From Malacoraja senta (Eukaryota), in NCBI GenBank assembly GCA_038087875.1, contig CM075992.1, positions 7,938,001 through 8,002,000 on the forward strand: 64,000 bases of DNA. Direction: 5' to 3'. The position numbers were made by a program, and so were the translations under genes. The notes below the pieces were generated by a model that saw nothing but the letters and a program-made list of their open reading frames with translations, made no database searches and was not told the origin of the DNA. Positions 51,328-64,000 of this stretch are shown in pieces (within the stretch, counting starts at the first letter, position 1; each line of letters opens with the position of its first letter).

Positions 51328-52315
51328 AACATATAACATTCTTAGGGGTTTGGACAGGTTAGATGCAGGAAAAATGGTCCCCATATTGGGGGAGTCCAGA
51401 ACCAGGGGTCACAGTTTAAGAATAAGGGGTCGGCCATTTAGGACTGAGATGAGGAAAAACTTTTTCACCCAGAGTTGTGAATCTGTGGAATTCTCTGCCA
51501 CAGATGGCAGTGGAGGCCAATTCACTCCTATATGTCTCCAAGAGAGAGTTAAGGGCCTGTCCCACTTGGCCGTCATTCGCGCGCCATTTACGCAACCTGC
51601 TAGCGTGTGGGTAACGCGTGGGTAGCGCGGGGACGGGCGCATGGAGTGGTGTGGAGGAGTGCGGAGTGGCGTGGAGGAGTGTGGGCTTCGTCCTGAACGA
51701 AATCTTCGCGCGCCACCTGCCTGTCGCGTAACTGAGGGCCAAAGTGGGACAGGCCCAAGACCCTGGCGCGGCGCAACGTCTCACCTCCAACAGCAGCAGA
51801 AGCAGGCAAACGATCGCCGAGCTCGGCCTGGGGCTCACGGCCGTTGCGGATCCAGATCCGCCCCCACCCCTACTCCCAGAGCGGGGCCAAGACGATTGGA
51901 GATAGACACAAAATGCAGGAGCAATGGGTGACGTTTCGGGTCGAGACCCATCTTCAGACTGAAGAAGAGTCTCGACCCAAAACGTCACCCATTCCTTCTC
52001 TCCAGAGATGCTGCCTGTCCCGCTGAGTTACTCCTGCATTTTGTGTCCATCTTCAATTGATGTCACGCGCTCCAGACGGCTGTGCGGACGCATGATGACA
52101 CGTGCGACTGTCGCGCGTCAGTCACTGTCGTGTAAATGACGGCCAAGTGGGACAGGCCCTTTAGATTTAGCTCTTAGGGCTAACAGAATCAAGGGATATG
52201 GGGAAAAAGCAGGAACGGGATTCTGATTATGGATGACCAGCCATGATTATATTAAATGGCGGTGCTGGCTCGAAGGGCCGAATTACCTAATCCTGCATCT
52301 ATTTTCTATGTTTCT
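51328..52315 (+). mobile_element. CR1 3' fragment split by a MITE
   Basis: agagagagTTA|gatttagctc is restored on removing the MITE. Confidence 0.9.
51552..52160. mobile_element. Harbinger-type MITE carrying a Penelope palindrome
   Basis: TIR agggcctgtcccacttggccgtcatt; perfect TTA TSD; interior homologous to 25565-26252. Confidence 0.85.
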
Positions 52316-52829
52316 CTGTCCCGAAACGTCGCCCATTCCTGCTCTCCAGAGATGCTGCCTGTCCCGCTGAGTTACTCCAGCATCTGATGTCTAACTTCGG
52401 TTTAAACCAGCAACTGCAGTTCCTTCCTACAGACCCCGATGGGCCGATGGGCCGGGCCGGGCCGGGCCCGCTGAGATTTAGCCAAGGGATCTGCAGCTGA
52501 CGGAACAACTAGGCCCATTACTGCAGCTCTAGCGCCACATATGGGTCGGAGTCGAGGGCTAGACATCTCTCTCTCTCTCTCCCTGTCCCCCCGAGATTGC
52601 CAGACAGCTGCAGACTTCCACAGCTCTAGCCTCCTATACAGTTTAGATCAAAGATAGACACAACATGCTGGAGTAACTCAGCGGGACGGGCAGCATCTGT
52701 GGACAGAAGGAATGGGTGAAGTTTCGGGTGCAGACCCTTCTTCAGAACTGTACCCCTGTTCCGTTTATTGCATCCGGGGATTAAAGTCCGAATACGCAGC
52801 CACCACAGTCCGCGACACACTCACACAAG

Positions 52830-53185
52830 GGTCCTGCCTCGGCAAGGCCAGCAGCATAATCAAGGACCAGTCTCACTCCCTCTTCTCCCCTCTCCCATCG
52901 GGCAGAGATACTGAAGTGTGAAAACGCACACCTCCAGATTCAGGGACAGTTTCTTCCCAGCTGTTCTCAGGCAACTGAACCATCGTACCACCAACTAGAG
53001 AGCGGTCCTGAGCTACTATCTACCTCACTGGAGACCCTCGGCCTATCTTTGATCGGACTTTACTGGCTTTATCTTGCACGGAACGATATTCCAGTTATTC
53101 CCTATATAATGTATCTGCACACTGTGAATGGCTCGACTGTTATCATGTATTGTAGTCCCGCTGACTGGATAGCACGCAATATGCA
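52830..53185 (+). mobile_element. Rex1/Babar 3' fragment
   Basis: CLGKASSIIKDQSHSLFSPLPSGR..THTSRFRDSFFPAVLRQLN. Confidence 0.8.
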
Positions 53186-54145
53186 AAGGGCGGCACGGTG
53201 GCGCAGCGGTAGAGTTGCTGCCTCACAGCGCCATAGACCCGGGTTCCATCCTGACTACGGGTGCTGTCTGTACGGAGTTTGTACGTTCTCCCCGTGACCT
53301 GCGTGTTTTTTTATCCAGGACCTCCGGTTTCCTCCCACACTCCAAAGACACAGAGGTTTGTAGGTTAATTGGCTTTGATATAATGATATCAAACCGCAGC
53401 TGAAACCGAAACAGGAGCACCCGGAGGGGGCAACCGCGGTCGCGGGGAGAACCTGCAAACTCCACATCGGAGCTGGGTCATGGTGCTGTGAGGCAGCAGC
53501 TCTACCCGACCAACTACCCTACCCACTACTCCACCCTCGCCCTGGTCTCCCAGCAGAGCGGGATATGCTTCAGGAAATGTTGCATAGAAAATAGAAAATA
53601 GGTGCAGGAGTACCTTCAAGCCAGCACCGCCATTCAATATGATCATGGCTGATCATCCACAATCAGTACCCCGTTCCTGCTTTTTCCCCATATCCCTTGA
53701 TTCTGTTAGCCCTAAGAGCTAAATCTAACTCTCTCTTGAAAACTAAAGAAACTGCTGACGAAAGTTTGTTTCCAACTTCTTCCCAACAACAATCAGCCTA
53801 TTTAGTTTACTAGTTTAGAGATACAGCGTGGAAACAGGCCCTTCGGCCCACCGAGTCCGTGCTGACCAGCAGTCCCTGTATGCTAGCACTATCCTGCACC
53901 CTAGGGACAATTTACAATTTTATCGAAGCCAATTAATCTACAAACCTGCACATCTTTGGAGTGTGGGAGGAATGGACTCCTTCTAGGAAATATAAAAACT
54001 GAAGGGTGTTGATTTAAAGACAGCGCCAAAAGGAGAAAAGGTCAGATAATGTCCCCCCCAAGCCTCATATCCCGGCAGCGGCCAGCAGATGGAGCCCTGG
54101 AGCTGTGTACCAGAGAGAACAGGACCTGTGATCACACACACATCA

Positions 54146-54743
54146 TATAGGGGGTTGTACATAAGGTCACTGGGTCATAGGGCTCACTGCATTGCAGCAA
54201 CAGTAAGGCATTATTTGTAGGTTTTCTTGATTCCTTTGGTATCTAAAAAGTCTCAGAAGTGATAAATCTGGTTGTAATTTTTGCTTCAGATGCGTTTTAT
54301 TTTTGTATGTAAAAACCCACTTGAGAACCATGGGCGATTTCAACATTTTACAGCCAGATTTATCCCTTCTGAAACTTTTTAGATGCCAAAGGAATCAAGA
54401 AAAATCACAAATAATGCCTTAGTTGATGAAATGCAGTGAGCAAGGCCAATGTTCGCCAAGCACTTTGGCTGTTGTTGTTCCTTTCAGCTCTCGCTTCAAT
54501 CTACCGTAATTTCTCCTCACTTTTTGAATTCTGAAGTTGGCTAAATGTCTCTCACGCTTATCCCGATTTCCATAATTATTTACAGCGCAAATATTGACCA
54601 TTTCGGCGGGTTTTAACGGGCCCGCTACGCTGGAAACAATGGTAAGTGCCTGCCTGCAGTTCATCGCGTGTACTCCACTTGGCGTAGTGTAGCAACAGTA
54701 CGGGTCATGGGTCGTGACCCGACTGCCGTGAAACCTCCCTATA
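54146..54743. mobile_element. Unclassified TIR element with a large internal inverted repeat
   Basis: Termini TATAGGGGGTT / AACCTCCCTATA; internal arms ~54182-54277 and ~54348-54441. Confidence 0.6.
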
Positions 54744-55440
54744 ACACACACACATACAGCACATGCACATCATACAACACATACGCACACACATCATACA
54801 ACACACACACGCAGCATACATCATACAACACACACGCACATCATACAACACTCACACACATCATACAACACACATACACACGTCATACAACACACACATT
54901 GTACAACACACACACACACACATCATACAACACACACACATCATACAACAGACACACGCACATATCATACAACACACACACACACATACATACAGCACTC
55001 ACACACATCATACAACACACATACACTCGTCATACAACACACACACATCGTACAACACACACACATCATACAACACACACACACATCATACAACACATGC
55101 ACCCACATCATACAACACACACACAAACACACCATACAACACACACATCATACAACACACACACAGACATCATACAACACACACACACACACATCATACA
55201 ACAGACACACACACACATCATACAACACACACACATACATACAGCACTCACACACATCATACAACACACATACACATGTCATACAACACACACACACATC
55301 ATACAACATACACGCACACACATCATACAACACACATGCACACACATCATACAAAACACACACAGCATACATCATACAACACACACACACACACATCATA
55401 CAATGCTCACAGACATCACACACACACACGTCATACAACA
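54744..55440. repeat. CA-rich minisatellite, unit CATCATACAA(CA)n
   Basis: Direct tandem repeats. Confidence 0.95.
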
Positions 55441-56527
55441 GGGAGGGATGATAGGACTGTTTGGTGAACGTTAGTAACTTTGTCGTAGCCAGAAGCTTGG
55501 CGATACTTGTGTACAGTCTAGGTGAGGTCTGTGTTGTTCTGTGTGCAGAATACAGAATGTCACTGTGCCCAGGTACATGTGTCACTAAAGTATCACTGAA
55601 TCATTGATCCAACTGCAAGTTGTGTTTTTGAAACTGGGCCCCAGTTCATAAGATCATACGATCATAAGTGTTAGGAACAGAATTAGGCCATTCGGCCCAT
55701 CAAGCCAAACGCAGCGGTAGAGTTGCTGCCTCACAGCGCCAAAGACCCGGGTTTGATCCTGACTACGGGTGCTGTATGTACAGAGTTTGTACCTTCTCCC
55801 TGTGACCACGTGGGGTTTGTCCGGGTGCTCTGGTTTCCTCCCACACTCCAAAGACCGAGAGGTTTCTAGGTTAATTGGCTTTGGGAAAGATTGTAAATTC
55901 ATAAGTTCATAAGTGATAGGAGCAGAATTAGGCCATTCGGCCCATCAAGTCTACTCCGCCATTCAATCGTGGCTGATCTATCTCTCCCTCCTAACCCCAT
56001 TCTCCTGCCTTCTCCCCGTAACCCCTGACACCCGTACTAATCAATTGTAGGATGTATAGTTTCACACCGCCCACCCTCACATGTCAAGAACACATCTAAA
56101 GGGCGATGGAAGGTACATCATTCAGCCCCCGTGTTCTCTTCCCTTCCCACGCACGCACTGGAGCGGCAGAAGCTGAGGGGGAAACTGATAGAAGCATCAA
56201 AAATAACCAGAGACGTAAATACGGCAGACAGTCCAAACCTGAAGAAGGGTCTCAACCCAAAACGTCACCCATTCCTTCTGTCCAGAGATGCTGCCTGTCC
56301 CGCTGAGTTACTCCAGCTTTTTGTGTCTATCTTCGGTCAAAATCTTTCTTCCAGGGTGGAAATGTCAAAAACTCGAGGGCGTAGTGTTAAGGTGATCGGG
56401 GAACAGTTTAAAGGAGATGTGTGGAGCAAGTATTTTACACAGAGGGTGGTGGGGGCAGATACGATAGTGGCGTTTAAGAGGCTTTTGGATATGCAGGGAA
56501 TGGAGGGATATGGATCACATGCAGGAA

Positions 56528-57033
56528 TAGGGTCGACAACTCTCTCACTCCCAAATAAGGGACAAAAGGTCAAAATACGGGAGAAATACCCGACGGCAAT
56601 TCGTTGACCTACTCGGCCGTGGCTGGGTGAATGATGAGTTGGCCTGGGTGCTGGACTGCACACAAAGCCCAGCCGGCGGGACAGCTGAGGAGTTTTGACC
56701 CGGGCCGCGCGCAAAGTCCGGCACCCCATCCAACTCATCAACCGATGATCGGCCATGAGAAGTGGTGTCGGCGGTAAGCGAAGGTCCGAAGGTCGGACAG
56801 CTGGCCGGGCTGCCGACCGACGGGGCCATGGGCGAGGAGCTGCTGCTGCACTCCATGGGCTGCACTACGTCGGGACGGGTGAGGCGGGGCCGGACGCGAC
56901 GCTCCGACCCGATGGTCCCCTCGACCCGAGTAGTAGCAGTCAAATACGGGACAAGGGCGGTCCCGTACGGGACAAACCAATTTAGCCCAATATACGGGAT
57001 GTCCCGGCTAATACGGGACAGTTGGCAACCCCA
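56528..57033 (+). mobile_element. Blackjack-like hAT element (third copy) inside a CR1 3' end
   Basis: Collinear with 29552-30090. Confidence 0.85.
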
Positions 57034-57569
57034 CCTGCAGGCAGAGGAGATTAGTTTATCTTGGCATCATGGTCGGCACAGACATTGTGGGCTGAAGGGC
57101 CTGTTCCTGCGCTCCCCATAGGACTCTGCCCCCTAATGTCCAGCAGCGGAATGACCCTAGACTGTGGTCCCTCCCCCACCGAGCCTTGGCGTTGGCTGCA
57201 TCGAGCTTCAGTGCGTCCCTCAGCACATACTCCTGCAGTCTGCAGCGGGCCAGTCGGCAACATTCCCCGACGGACATCTCGCTGTGGAGGAAGGAACCGC
57301 AGATGCTGGTTTACACCGAAGATAGGCACAAAGTGCTGGAGTAACTCAGCGGGTCAGGCAGCATCGCTGGAGAACATGGATGGGTGACGTTTCGGGTCAG
57401 AGCCTTTCCTCAGACTGAAAGTGGACGGGAGGGAACTGGAGGTGGTAAAAGGCCAGAACAAAGCAGGGCCGGCAACAGATGACCAAGGGAGGGTGGAGCC
57501 CACAATGGCCCATTGTTGGCTCGGGAAGAGGTGATCATTAAAGGATACAGTCATGCGAACTGTACAAAT

Positions 57570-58148
57570 AGTCATAGAGTGTTACAGCATGGAAACAGGC
57601 CCTTCGGCCCAACTTGCCCACACCAGCCAACATGTCCCAGCTACACTAGTCCCACTTGCCTGCACTTGGTCCATATCCCTCCAAACCTGTCCTATCCATG
57701 CACCTGTCTAACTGTTTCTTAAACGATGGGATAGTTCCAGCCTCAACTAAATCCTCTGGCAGCTTGTTCCATACACCCGCCACCACTTGTGTGAAAAGTT
57801 ACCCCTCAGATTCCTATTAAATCTTTTCCTCTTCACCTTAAACCCATGTCCTCTGGTCCTCGATTCCCCTACTCTGGGCAAGAGACTCTGTGCATCCTCC
57901 CGATCTATTCCTCTCATGATTTTATACACCTCTGTAAGATCACCCCTCATCCTCCTGCGCTCCAAGGAATAGAGACCCAGCCTGCTCAACCTCTCCCTGT
58001 AGCTCACACCCTCTAGTCCTGGCAACATCCTCGTAAATCTTCTCTGCGCCCTTTCCAACTTTCCTATAACATGGTGCCCAGCATTGAACACAATATTCTA
58101 AATGTGGCCTCACCAACGTCTAATACAACTGCAACATGACCTCCCAAC
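57570..58148 (-). mobile_element. CR1 3' fragment
   Basis: LERAQRRFTRMLPGLEGVSYRERLSRLGLYSLERRRMRGDL. Confidence 0.92.
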
Positions 58149-58665
58149 AATACAATAGATAGACACAAAAAGCTGCAGTAACTCAGCGGGTTAGGCAGCT
58201 TCTCTGGAGAAAATGGAATGGATGACGTTTCAGGTCGAGACCCTTCTTCAGACTCTGGGGAAGGGTCTTGACACAAAACGTCGCCCATTCCTTTTCTCCA
58301 GAGATGCTGCCTGACCCGCTGAGTTACTCCAGCTTTTTGTTTCTATCTTCGGTGTCAACCAGCATCTGCATTTCCTCCCTACACTTCTATACTCAAAGAC
58401 TGATGGAGACCTGACTGATATAGGACAACCAGGGTGCGGGAGGGGATGGGGGAAGAGAGGGGATGCAAGGGCTACTTGAAGTTGGAGAAGTCAATGTTCA
58501 TACCGCTGGGGTGTAAGCTGCCCAAGTGAAATATGAGGTGCTGTTCCTCCAATTTAAACTGTCCAAGCGAATCGTACTGTGTTGCGAGGCCAATAAGTTT
58601 CAGGCACGGCAAAGAGCGTCCTTCACTGGAGTGACGATCTACTCCAATGCAGAGATTTCAACACC

Positions 58666-59040
58666 TGGGGGCGGAGTTGGAGTTGGATTCACGGGAGGTT
58701 GGCCTTGGAGGGGAGGATGCTCCTCAAACTGTGGACCATACAGCTCACCCCCTCCATGACACACTGGTCAACCTGAGGAGCACCTTCAGCAACAGACTGG
58801 TTCCACCAAGATGCAGCACAGAACGCCACAGGAGATCCTTCTTCCCTGTGGCTATCAAACTGTACAACTCCTCCCCCTTCTGTCGTGGGGTAGACTGAAT
58901 CCCCTCTCCCCCCCCTCCAATCCTTTCCACTCGTCACTTTAATTTCATGTTTCATGTATCTTGTGTTTTATGACAGTTGGCAGATCAATGTCCCTCGTGG
59001 GATAAATAAAGTTCTATCGTGTCGCATTGTATCGTATCGT
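58666..59040 (+). mobile_element. Rex1/Babar 3' fragment
   Basis: HPLHDTLVNLRSTFSNRLVPPRCSTERHRRSFFPVAIKLYNS. Confidence 0.85.
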
Positions 59041-59049
59041 TTTATCGCA

Positions 59050-59745
59050 AGCACGAAAGTTGGCGTGCAGGTACAGCAGGCAGTGAAGAAAGCTAATGGA
59101 ATGTTGGCCTTCATAACAAGAGGATTTCAGTATAGGAGTAAAGAGGTTCTTCTGCAGTTGTATAGGGCTCTGGTGAGACCACATCTGGAGTATTGTGTAC
59201 AGTTTTGGTCTCCTAATTTGAGGAGGAACATCCTTGTGATTGAGGCAGTGCAGAATAGGTTCACGAGATTGATCCCTGGGATGGCGGGACTGTCATATGA
59301 GGAAAGATTGAGAAGCCTAGGCTTGTATTCACTGGAGTTTAGAAGTATGAGGGGGATCTTATAGAAATATATAAAAATATAAAAAGACTGGACAAGCTAG
59401 ATGCAAGAAAAATGTTCCCAATGTTGGGCGAGTCCAGAACCGGGGGCCACAGTTTTAGAATAAAGGGGCGGCCATTTAAGACTGAGGTGAGAAAAAACGT
59501 TTTCACCCAGAGAGTTGTGAATTTGTGGAATTCCCTGCCACAGAGGGCAGTGGAGGCCAAGTCACTGGATGGATTTAAGAGAGAGTTAGATAGAGCTCTC
59601 GGGGCTGGTGGAATCAAGGGATATGGGGAGAAGGCAGGCACGGGTTATTGATTGGGGACGATCAGCCATGATCACAATGAATGGCGGTGCTGGCTCGAAG
59701 GGCCGAATGGCCTCCTCCTGCACCTATTTTCTATGTTTCTATGAA
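59050..59745 (+). mobile_element. CR1/HER1 3' fragment (frameshifted)
   Basis: VQQAVKKANGMLAFI..LVRPHLEYCVQFWSP. Confidence 0.95.
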
Positions 59746-60011
59746 AGTTGGAGTAAAGAAGAAAAAGGAATGTCCCCCGACTCTCAGTCTGAAGAAGGGC
59801 CTCGACCCGAAACGTCACCCATTCCGTCTCTCCAGAGATGCTGCCTGTCCCACTGAGTTACTGCAACATTTGTGTCTATCTTCGGTGTATATCCAGCATC
59901 TGCAGTTCCTTCCGACACGGAACAGAGACTGTGTCTCTTTACAATGTTGTGTAAAGTCGCAGAGCCCCAGGCAATGCGAGAGGCTTATCCACCTCCTCCC
60001 CCCATCCTATC

Positions 60012-60585
60012 ATGCATGCTGACCGGTTGCATTGTGGCTTGGTTCGGCAACTTGAGCGCCCAGGAGCGGAAAAGACTGCAAAAAGTAGTAAACACTGCCC
60101 AGTCCATCATCGGCTCTGACCTCCCTACCATCGAGGGGATCTATCGCAGTCGCTGCCTCAAAAAGGTTGGCAGCATCATCAAGGACCCACACCATCCTGG
60201 CCACACACTCATCTCCCCGCTACCTTCAGGTAGAAGGTACAGGAGCCTGAAGACTGCAATGTCCAGGTTCAGGAATAGCTACTTCCCCACAGCCATCAGG
60301 CTATTAAACTCAACTCAAACAAAACTCTGATCATTAATAGCCCATTATCTGTTTATTTGCACTTTATCTGTTTATTTATTGATGTGTGTATATATTTATA
60401 TAATGGTATATGGACACACTGATCTGTTCAGTATTCATGTCTACTTCGCTCCATAGATGCTGCTGCACCCGCTGAGTTTCTCCAGCATTTTTGTGTACCT
60501 TCATGTCTACTATGTTCTGTTGTGCTGAAGCAAAGTAAGAATTTCATTAACCAGTCTGGGACACCTGACAATAAACTCTTGAGTC
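60012..60585 (+). mobile_element. Rex1 LINE 3' fragment with a small Penelope insert (TSD TTCATGTCTACT)
   Basis: LTGCIVAWFGNLSAQERKRLQKVVNTAQSIIG..LPSGRRYRS..RFRNSYFPTAIRLLN. Confidence 0.9.
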
Positions 60586-61475
60586 TATCCAGCAGCATCT
60601 TACACACTATCAACTAAAGAATTGGTTTCATTGTGAAAGCTTTAACTTCAGTTATATTCAGTGAGATTGGCCCGAGGGGGAACGAGAAAGCTGGTGTTAT
60701 TTTTGAGCAAGGCGTGTGTAATCTTTGTAATACACTTTGTTTGTTCGACTGGCTCTGTGTTAAGCGTTGGTTAATACATCATCAGTCCGATTAGATGGAA
60801 ATTATTTTATGAAACTCCAGCTAGAATATATCAGCTGAGTGGCTGGGTCTTTCAGAGTGAGGTCGGGAAATTTGTGAATTTGGGTATTGAGATACAGCAT
60901 GGAAACAGGCCCATCGGCCCATCGAGTCTACGCTGACCATCGATCACCTGTACACTAGTTCTATCCCACACACTAGGGGCAATTTTACAATTTTACCATA
61001 GCCAATATTCTTTTGCTCTGGTACTTTCTTTCATTCTTCACATGTTTAAATTATAACATGTCACAGCATCAGAAGCCTGGATCGCCTCAGCGCAGAGGGA
61101 GAACAAAGCGGGAAGAGACAGAGACTTTAAGACTTTTGCCTCCATCACAGTGAGGTGCCTGGTGAACTCACTGTGGTGGATGTTAATTTGTGTTTATTGT
61201 GTGTTTTGTCATTTATTATTATATGTATGACTGCAGGCAACGAAATTTCGTTCAGACCGAAAGGTCTGAATGACAAATAAAGGAATCTCTAATCTCTATA
61301 ATTATGGGAGGGCTGGTCCCCCAACGCAATATTCCACCGCTCCACCAATTCCAATATTGGTGGCCAGTGGGGGGAGGGGGTGGGGCTTTCTGGAGCGCTA
61401 GTATGTGTGTTGTGGGCCGAAGGGGCTGGTTTCCAGAGGGGCTAGTATGGACATTGTGGGCCGAATGGATTCTTG

Positions 61476-61815
61476 GGCTGGCAGCTCAGTCACTCAGGCC
61501 TGGTGGGCTGGCAGCTCAGTCACTCGGGGCTGGTGGGCTGGCAGCTCAGTCACCCATGGCTGGTGGGCTGGCAGTTCAGTTACTCAGGGCTGGTGGGCTG
61601 GCAGATCAGTCATTCAGGGCTGGTGGGCTGGCAGTTCAGTCACTCAGGACTGGTGGGCTGGCAGCTCAGTCACTCAGGCCTGGTGGGCTGGCAGCTCAGT
61701 CACTCAGGGCTGGTGGGCTGGCAGCTCAGTCACCCATGGCTGGTGGGCTGGCAGCTCAGTCACCCATGGCTGGTGGGCTGGCAGATCAGTCACTCAGGGC
61801 TGGTGGGCTGGCTGT
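61476..61815. repeat. 30-bp minisatellite, about 11 copies
   Basis: GGCTGGCAGCTCAGTCACTCAGGGCTGGTG. Confidence 0.97.
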
Positions 61816-61841
61816 TCACTCACGGCTAGTCCATGAAATTC

Positions 61842-62095
61842 CATTTCAAGCAGAGTGCAGGCCAGCAAATTCAATTTCATAGCATTTCAAGCAGAGTGCA
61901 GGCCAGCAAATTCAATTTCATAGCATTTCAAGCAGAGTGCAGGCCAGCAAATTCAATTTCATAGCATTTCAAGCAGAGTGCAGGCCAGCAAATTCAATTT
62001 CATTGCATTTCAAGCAGAGTGCAGGCCAGCAAATTCAATTTCATAGCATTTCAAGCAGAGTGCAGGCCAGCAAATTCAATTTCATAGCATTTCAA
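61842..62095. repeat. 41-bp minisatellite, about 6 copies
   Basis: CATTTCAAGCAGAGTGCAGGCCAGCAAATTCAATTTCATAG. Confidence 0.97.
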
Positions 62096-63182
62096 CCTCC
62101 TAACAAATCATTTATTGCTAGTACATTGCAGACTCACAGTTCAGTTGATTCACAGCTTAGAATCACAGTCGTGGACTCTCCCTCGCGATTTTCGAGAGTG
62201 ACTGACTCACGTCCAGGCATCCGGGGTTTTATACTCCTGCCCCCCCACGGAAGGGGCGTTACCTTCATCATTGTAATTGACAGGCGAGAGGACCAATCAT
62301 CTGATCTCAAAAAAATTGTAAACACTCATAACATTTTGATTTTTCACCGATCTAAAAAATCCTCGTGGCTGCCTCAGCGGAGGAGGACTGTGAGTAAGAT
62401 GGCCAAAAATCATAGCGATATCGGGCAGTGCTTTTTCTAAAATCAGTATACAGGGCAGTCAGGAAGTGGTCAAGATTAGACTTTTAGTTCTATAGATAGA
62501 TGTTTTATTTTTAATTATCTACTGTTTATTGTGTTGTTACTTGCGAGCACAGCACCAAGGCAAATTCATTGTATGTATACATACTTGACTAATAAAATGT
62601 ATTCAATTCAATTCAATTAACCTGCAAACCTGCACGTCTTTGGAGTGTGGGAGGAAACCGGAGCTCCTGGAGAAAACCCACGCAGGTCACGAGGAGAAGA
62701 TACAAACTCAGTACAGACAGCACCCGTAGTCAGGATCGAACCTGGGACTCTGGCACTGTGGGGCAGCAACTCTACCACTGCAGCACCGTGCTCCAAACTA
62801 TACTAAAAATACAACTCAGAAAGATCAGTCAGAAAGGAATGGGGCATCAATGAAAAAATCCCATGGGACTCCACTGGTGGCTTGTGTCTAATAGTTCTTG
62901 TGTCCTATGGTTGGTAAACTGCTGATGGGAATCAGTTTTTAACTGTGAACATCAAGCTGACTTGGGTTTGAACTTTTAATCCCAACCATTCCGCTGCCTT
63001 CGCTCCAGGCAATGGCATTCCCTTCCCAACCTCTCCGCCTCCCGATCCGCCTTTTCCCCTTTGATGGAAACTTGAGACTTTTGCTGGAGGTTTGTCATCT
63101 TGACATTTCCGTCTGTGCCGGAGTCAAGGATTACTCGGCAACACTCCGCAAAACAGCCTGGGACATTTGACAACATGAGAGC

Positions 63183-63625
63183 TTAGTTTAGTTTGGATAT
63201 ACAGCGCGGAAACAGGCCCTTCGGCCCACCGAGTCCGCGCCGACCAGCGATCCCCGCACACTAACACTATCCTACACCACTAGGAACAATTTACAGGTAG
63301 GTCCGCAGAAGGGTTTCAGCCCGAAACGTTGCCTATTTCCTTCGCTCCATAGATGCTGCTGCACCCGCTGAGTTTCTCCAGCACTTTAGTCTACCTTTGA
63401 TTTTCCAGCATCTGCAGTTCGTTCTTAAACACAAGGGCCAATTTACACATACACCAAGCAAGCCTGTACGTCTTTGGGGTGTGGGAAGGAAATTAAAGAT
63501 CTCGGAGAAAACCCGCGCGGTCACGGGGAGAACGTACAAACTCCGTACAGACAGCGCCCATAGTCGGGATCGAACCTGGGTCTCTGGCGCTGCAAGGCGG
63601 CAACTCTACCGCTGCGCCACCGTGC
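63183..63625 (-). mobile_element. HE1 SINE with a Penelope insert (~63296-63435)
   Basis: Family matches; CAATTTACA duplicated. Confidence 0.85.
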
Positions 63626-63949
63626 AGTGAGAGGTACCACAGAGAGACAAACTTGGACAATACAGCTCACCCCCTCCATGACACACTGGTGAACCTCTCC
63701 ACTCGTCACTTTAATTTCACGTTTCATGTATCTCGTTGTGCTTTTATGATTGTTGGCAGACCAATTTCTCTCCTGGGATAAATAAAGGTTGATCGTATCT
63801 TCTCGTCTCGTATCATTTGCTGTTGTGCCAATTGCCCTCCAGTGTGTTCGCCATAGACTGTCTACTGAGCATTATTCCGTGTGACTCTTGGCTCAGGACT
63901 GGAACATGCAGCTGACTTCCATTAACGATGCTTTCCTTCCCTTCTACAG

Positions 63950-64000
63950 TATGTCCTACCACCGATGTCCTCTGGTCCTCCATTTACACAGAGGAAGATC
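63950..64000 (+). other. Candidate exon start of an unidentified gene, running off the window
   Basis: Branch-like GCTGAC/ATTAAC, tract ctttccttcccttctacAG; all three frames open to the window end. Confidence 0.45.

Larger units (their letters stand above)
61300..62501 (-). mobile_element. Possible non-autonomous Helitron-like element hosting both minisatellites
   Basis: Minus strand begins A^TCTATCTATAGAACTAAAAG, like Helitron 5' ends; no clear CTAG 3' end. Confidence 0.4.

Noticed and set aside
54668..55585. Long His/Thr-rich ORFs
   Set aside because: Translations of a CA-rich minisatellite
61304..62440. Repetitive ORFs (GGLAAQSLRA)n and a CRISPR-like appearance
   Set aside because: Head-to-tail tandem units with no unique spacers and no cas genes; the ORFs arise from the 30-bp period

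Overview
This is vertebrate, not microbial, DNA. The repeats (HER1/CR1 LINEs, HE1-type tRNA-derived V-SINEs, Penelope-like elements, Rex1/Babar, Vingi) point to an elasmobranch, most likely a skate or ray; that is inference from the repeats. There are two 200-N gaps (15553-15752, 39780-39979). Left of the first gap the sequence is AT-rich and repeat-poor, with a small CpG-rich promoter-like island at ~11.1-11.3 kb. Right of it is a dense, nested mosaic of retroelement and MITE fragments, satellites and short unique islands. I recognise no intact host protein-coding gene. Nearly all ORFs are transposon fragments, their antisense frames, or microsatellites. Most notable: (i) many Penelope-derived, often palindromic, short elements carrying minimal hammerhead-ribozyme cores, two physically linked to GIY-YIG remnants; (ii) a Harbinger-type MITE family that captured and re-amplified such a palindrome; (iii) a near-perfect RFX X-box at 19383; (iv) a Pbx-Hox/Maf motif-rich putative enhancer at ~46.7-47.2 kb; (v) several orphan splice-site/exon candidates; (vi) an invertebrate-looking CR1-group LINE. 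Repeat boundaries were read by eye and are approximate unless a TSD is quoted.
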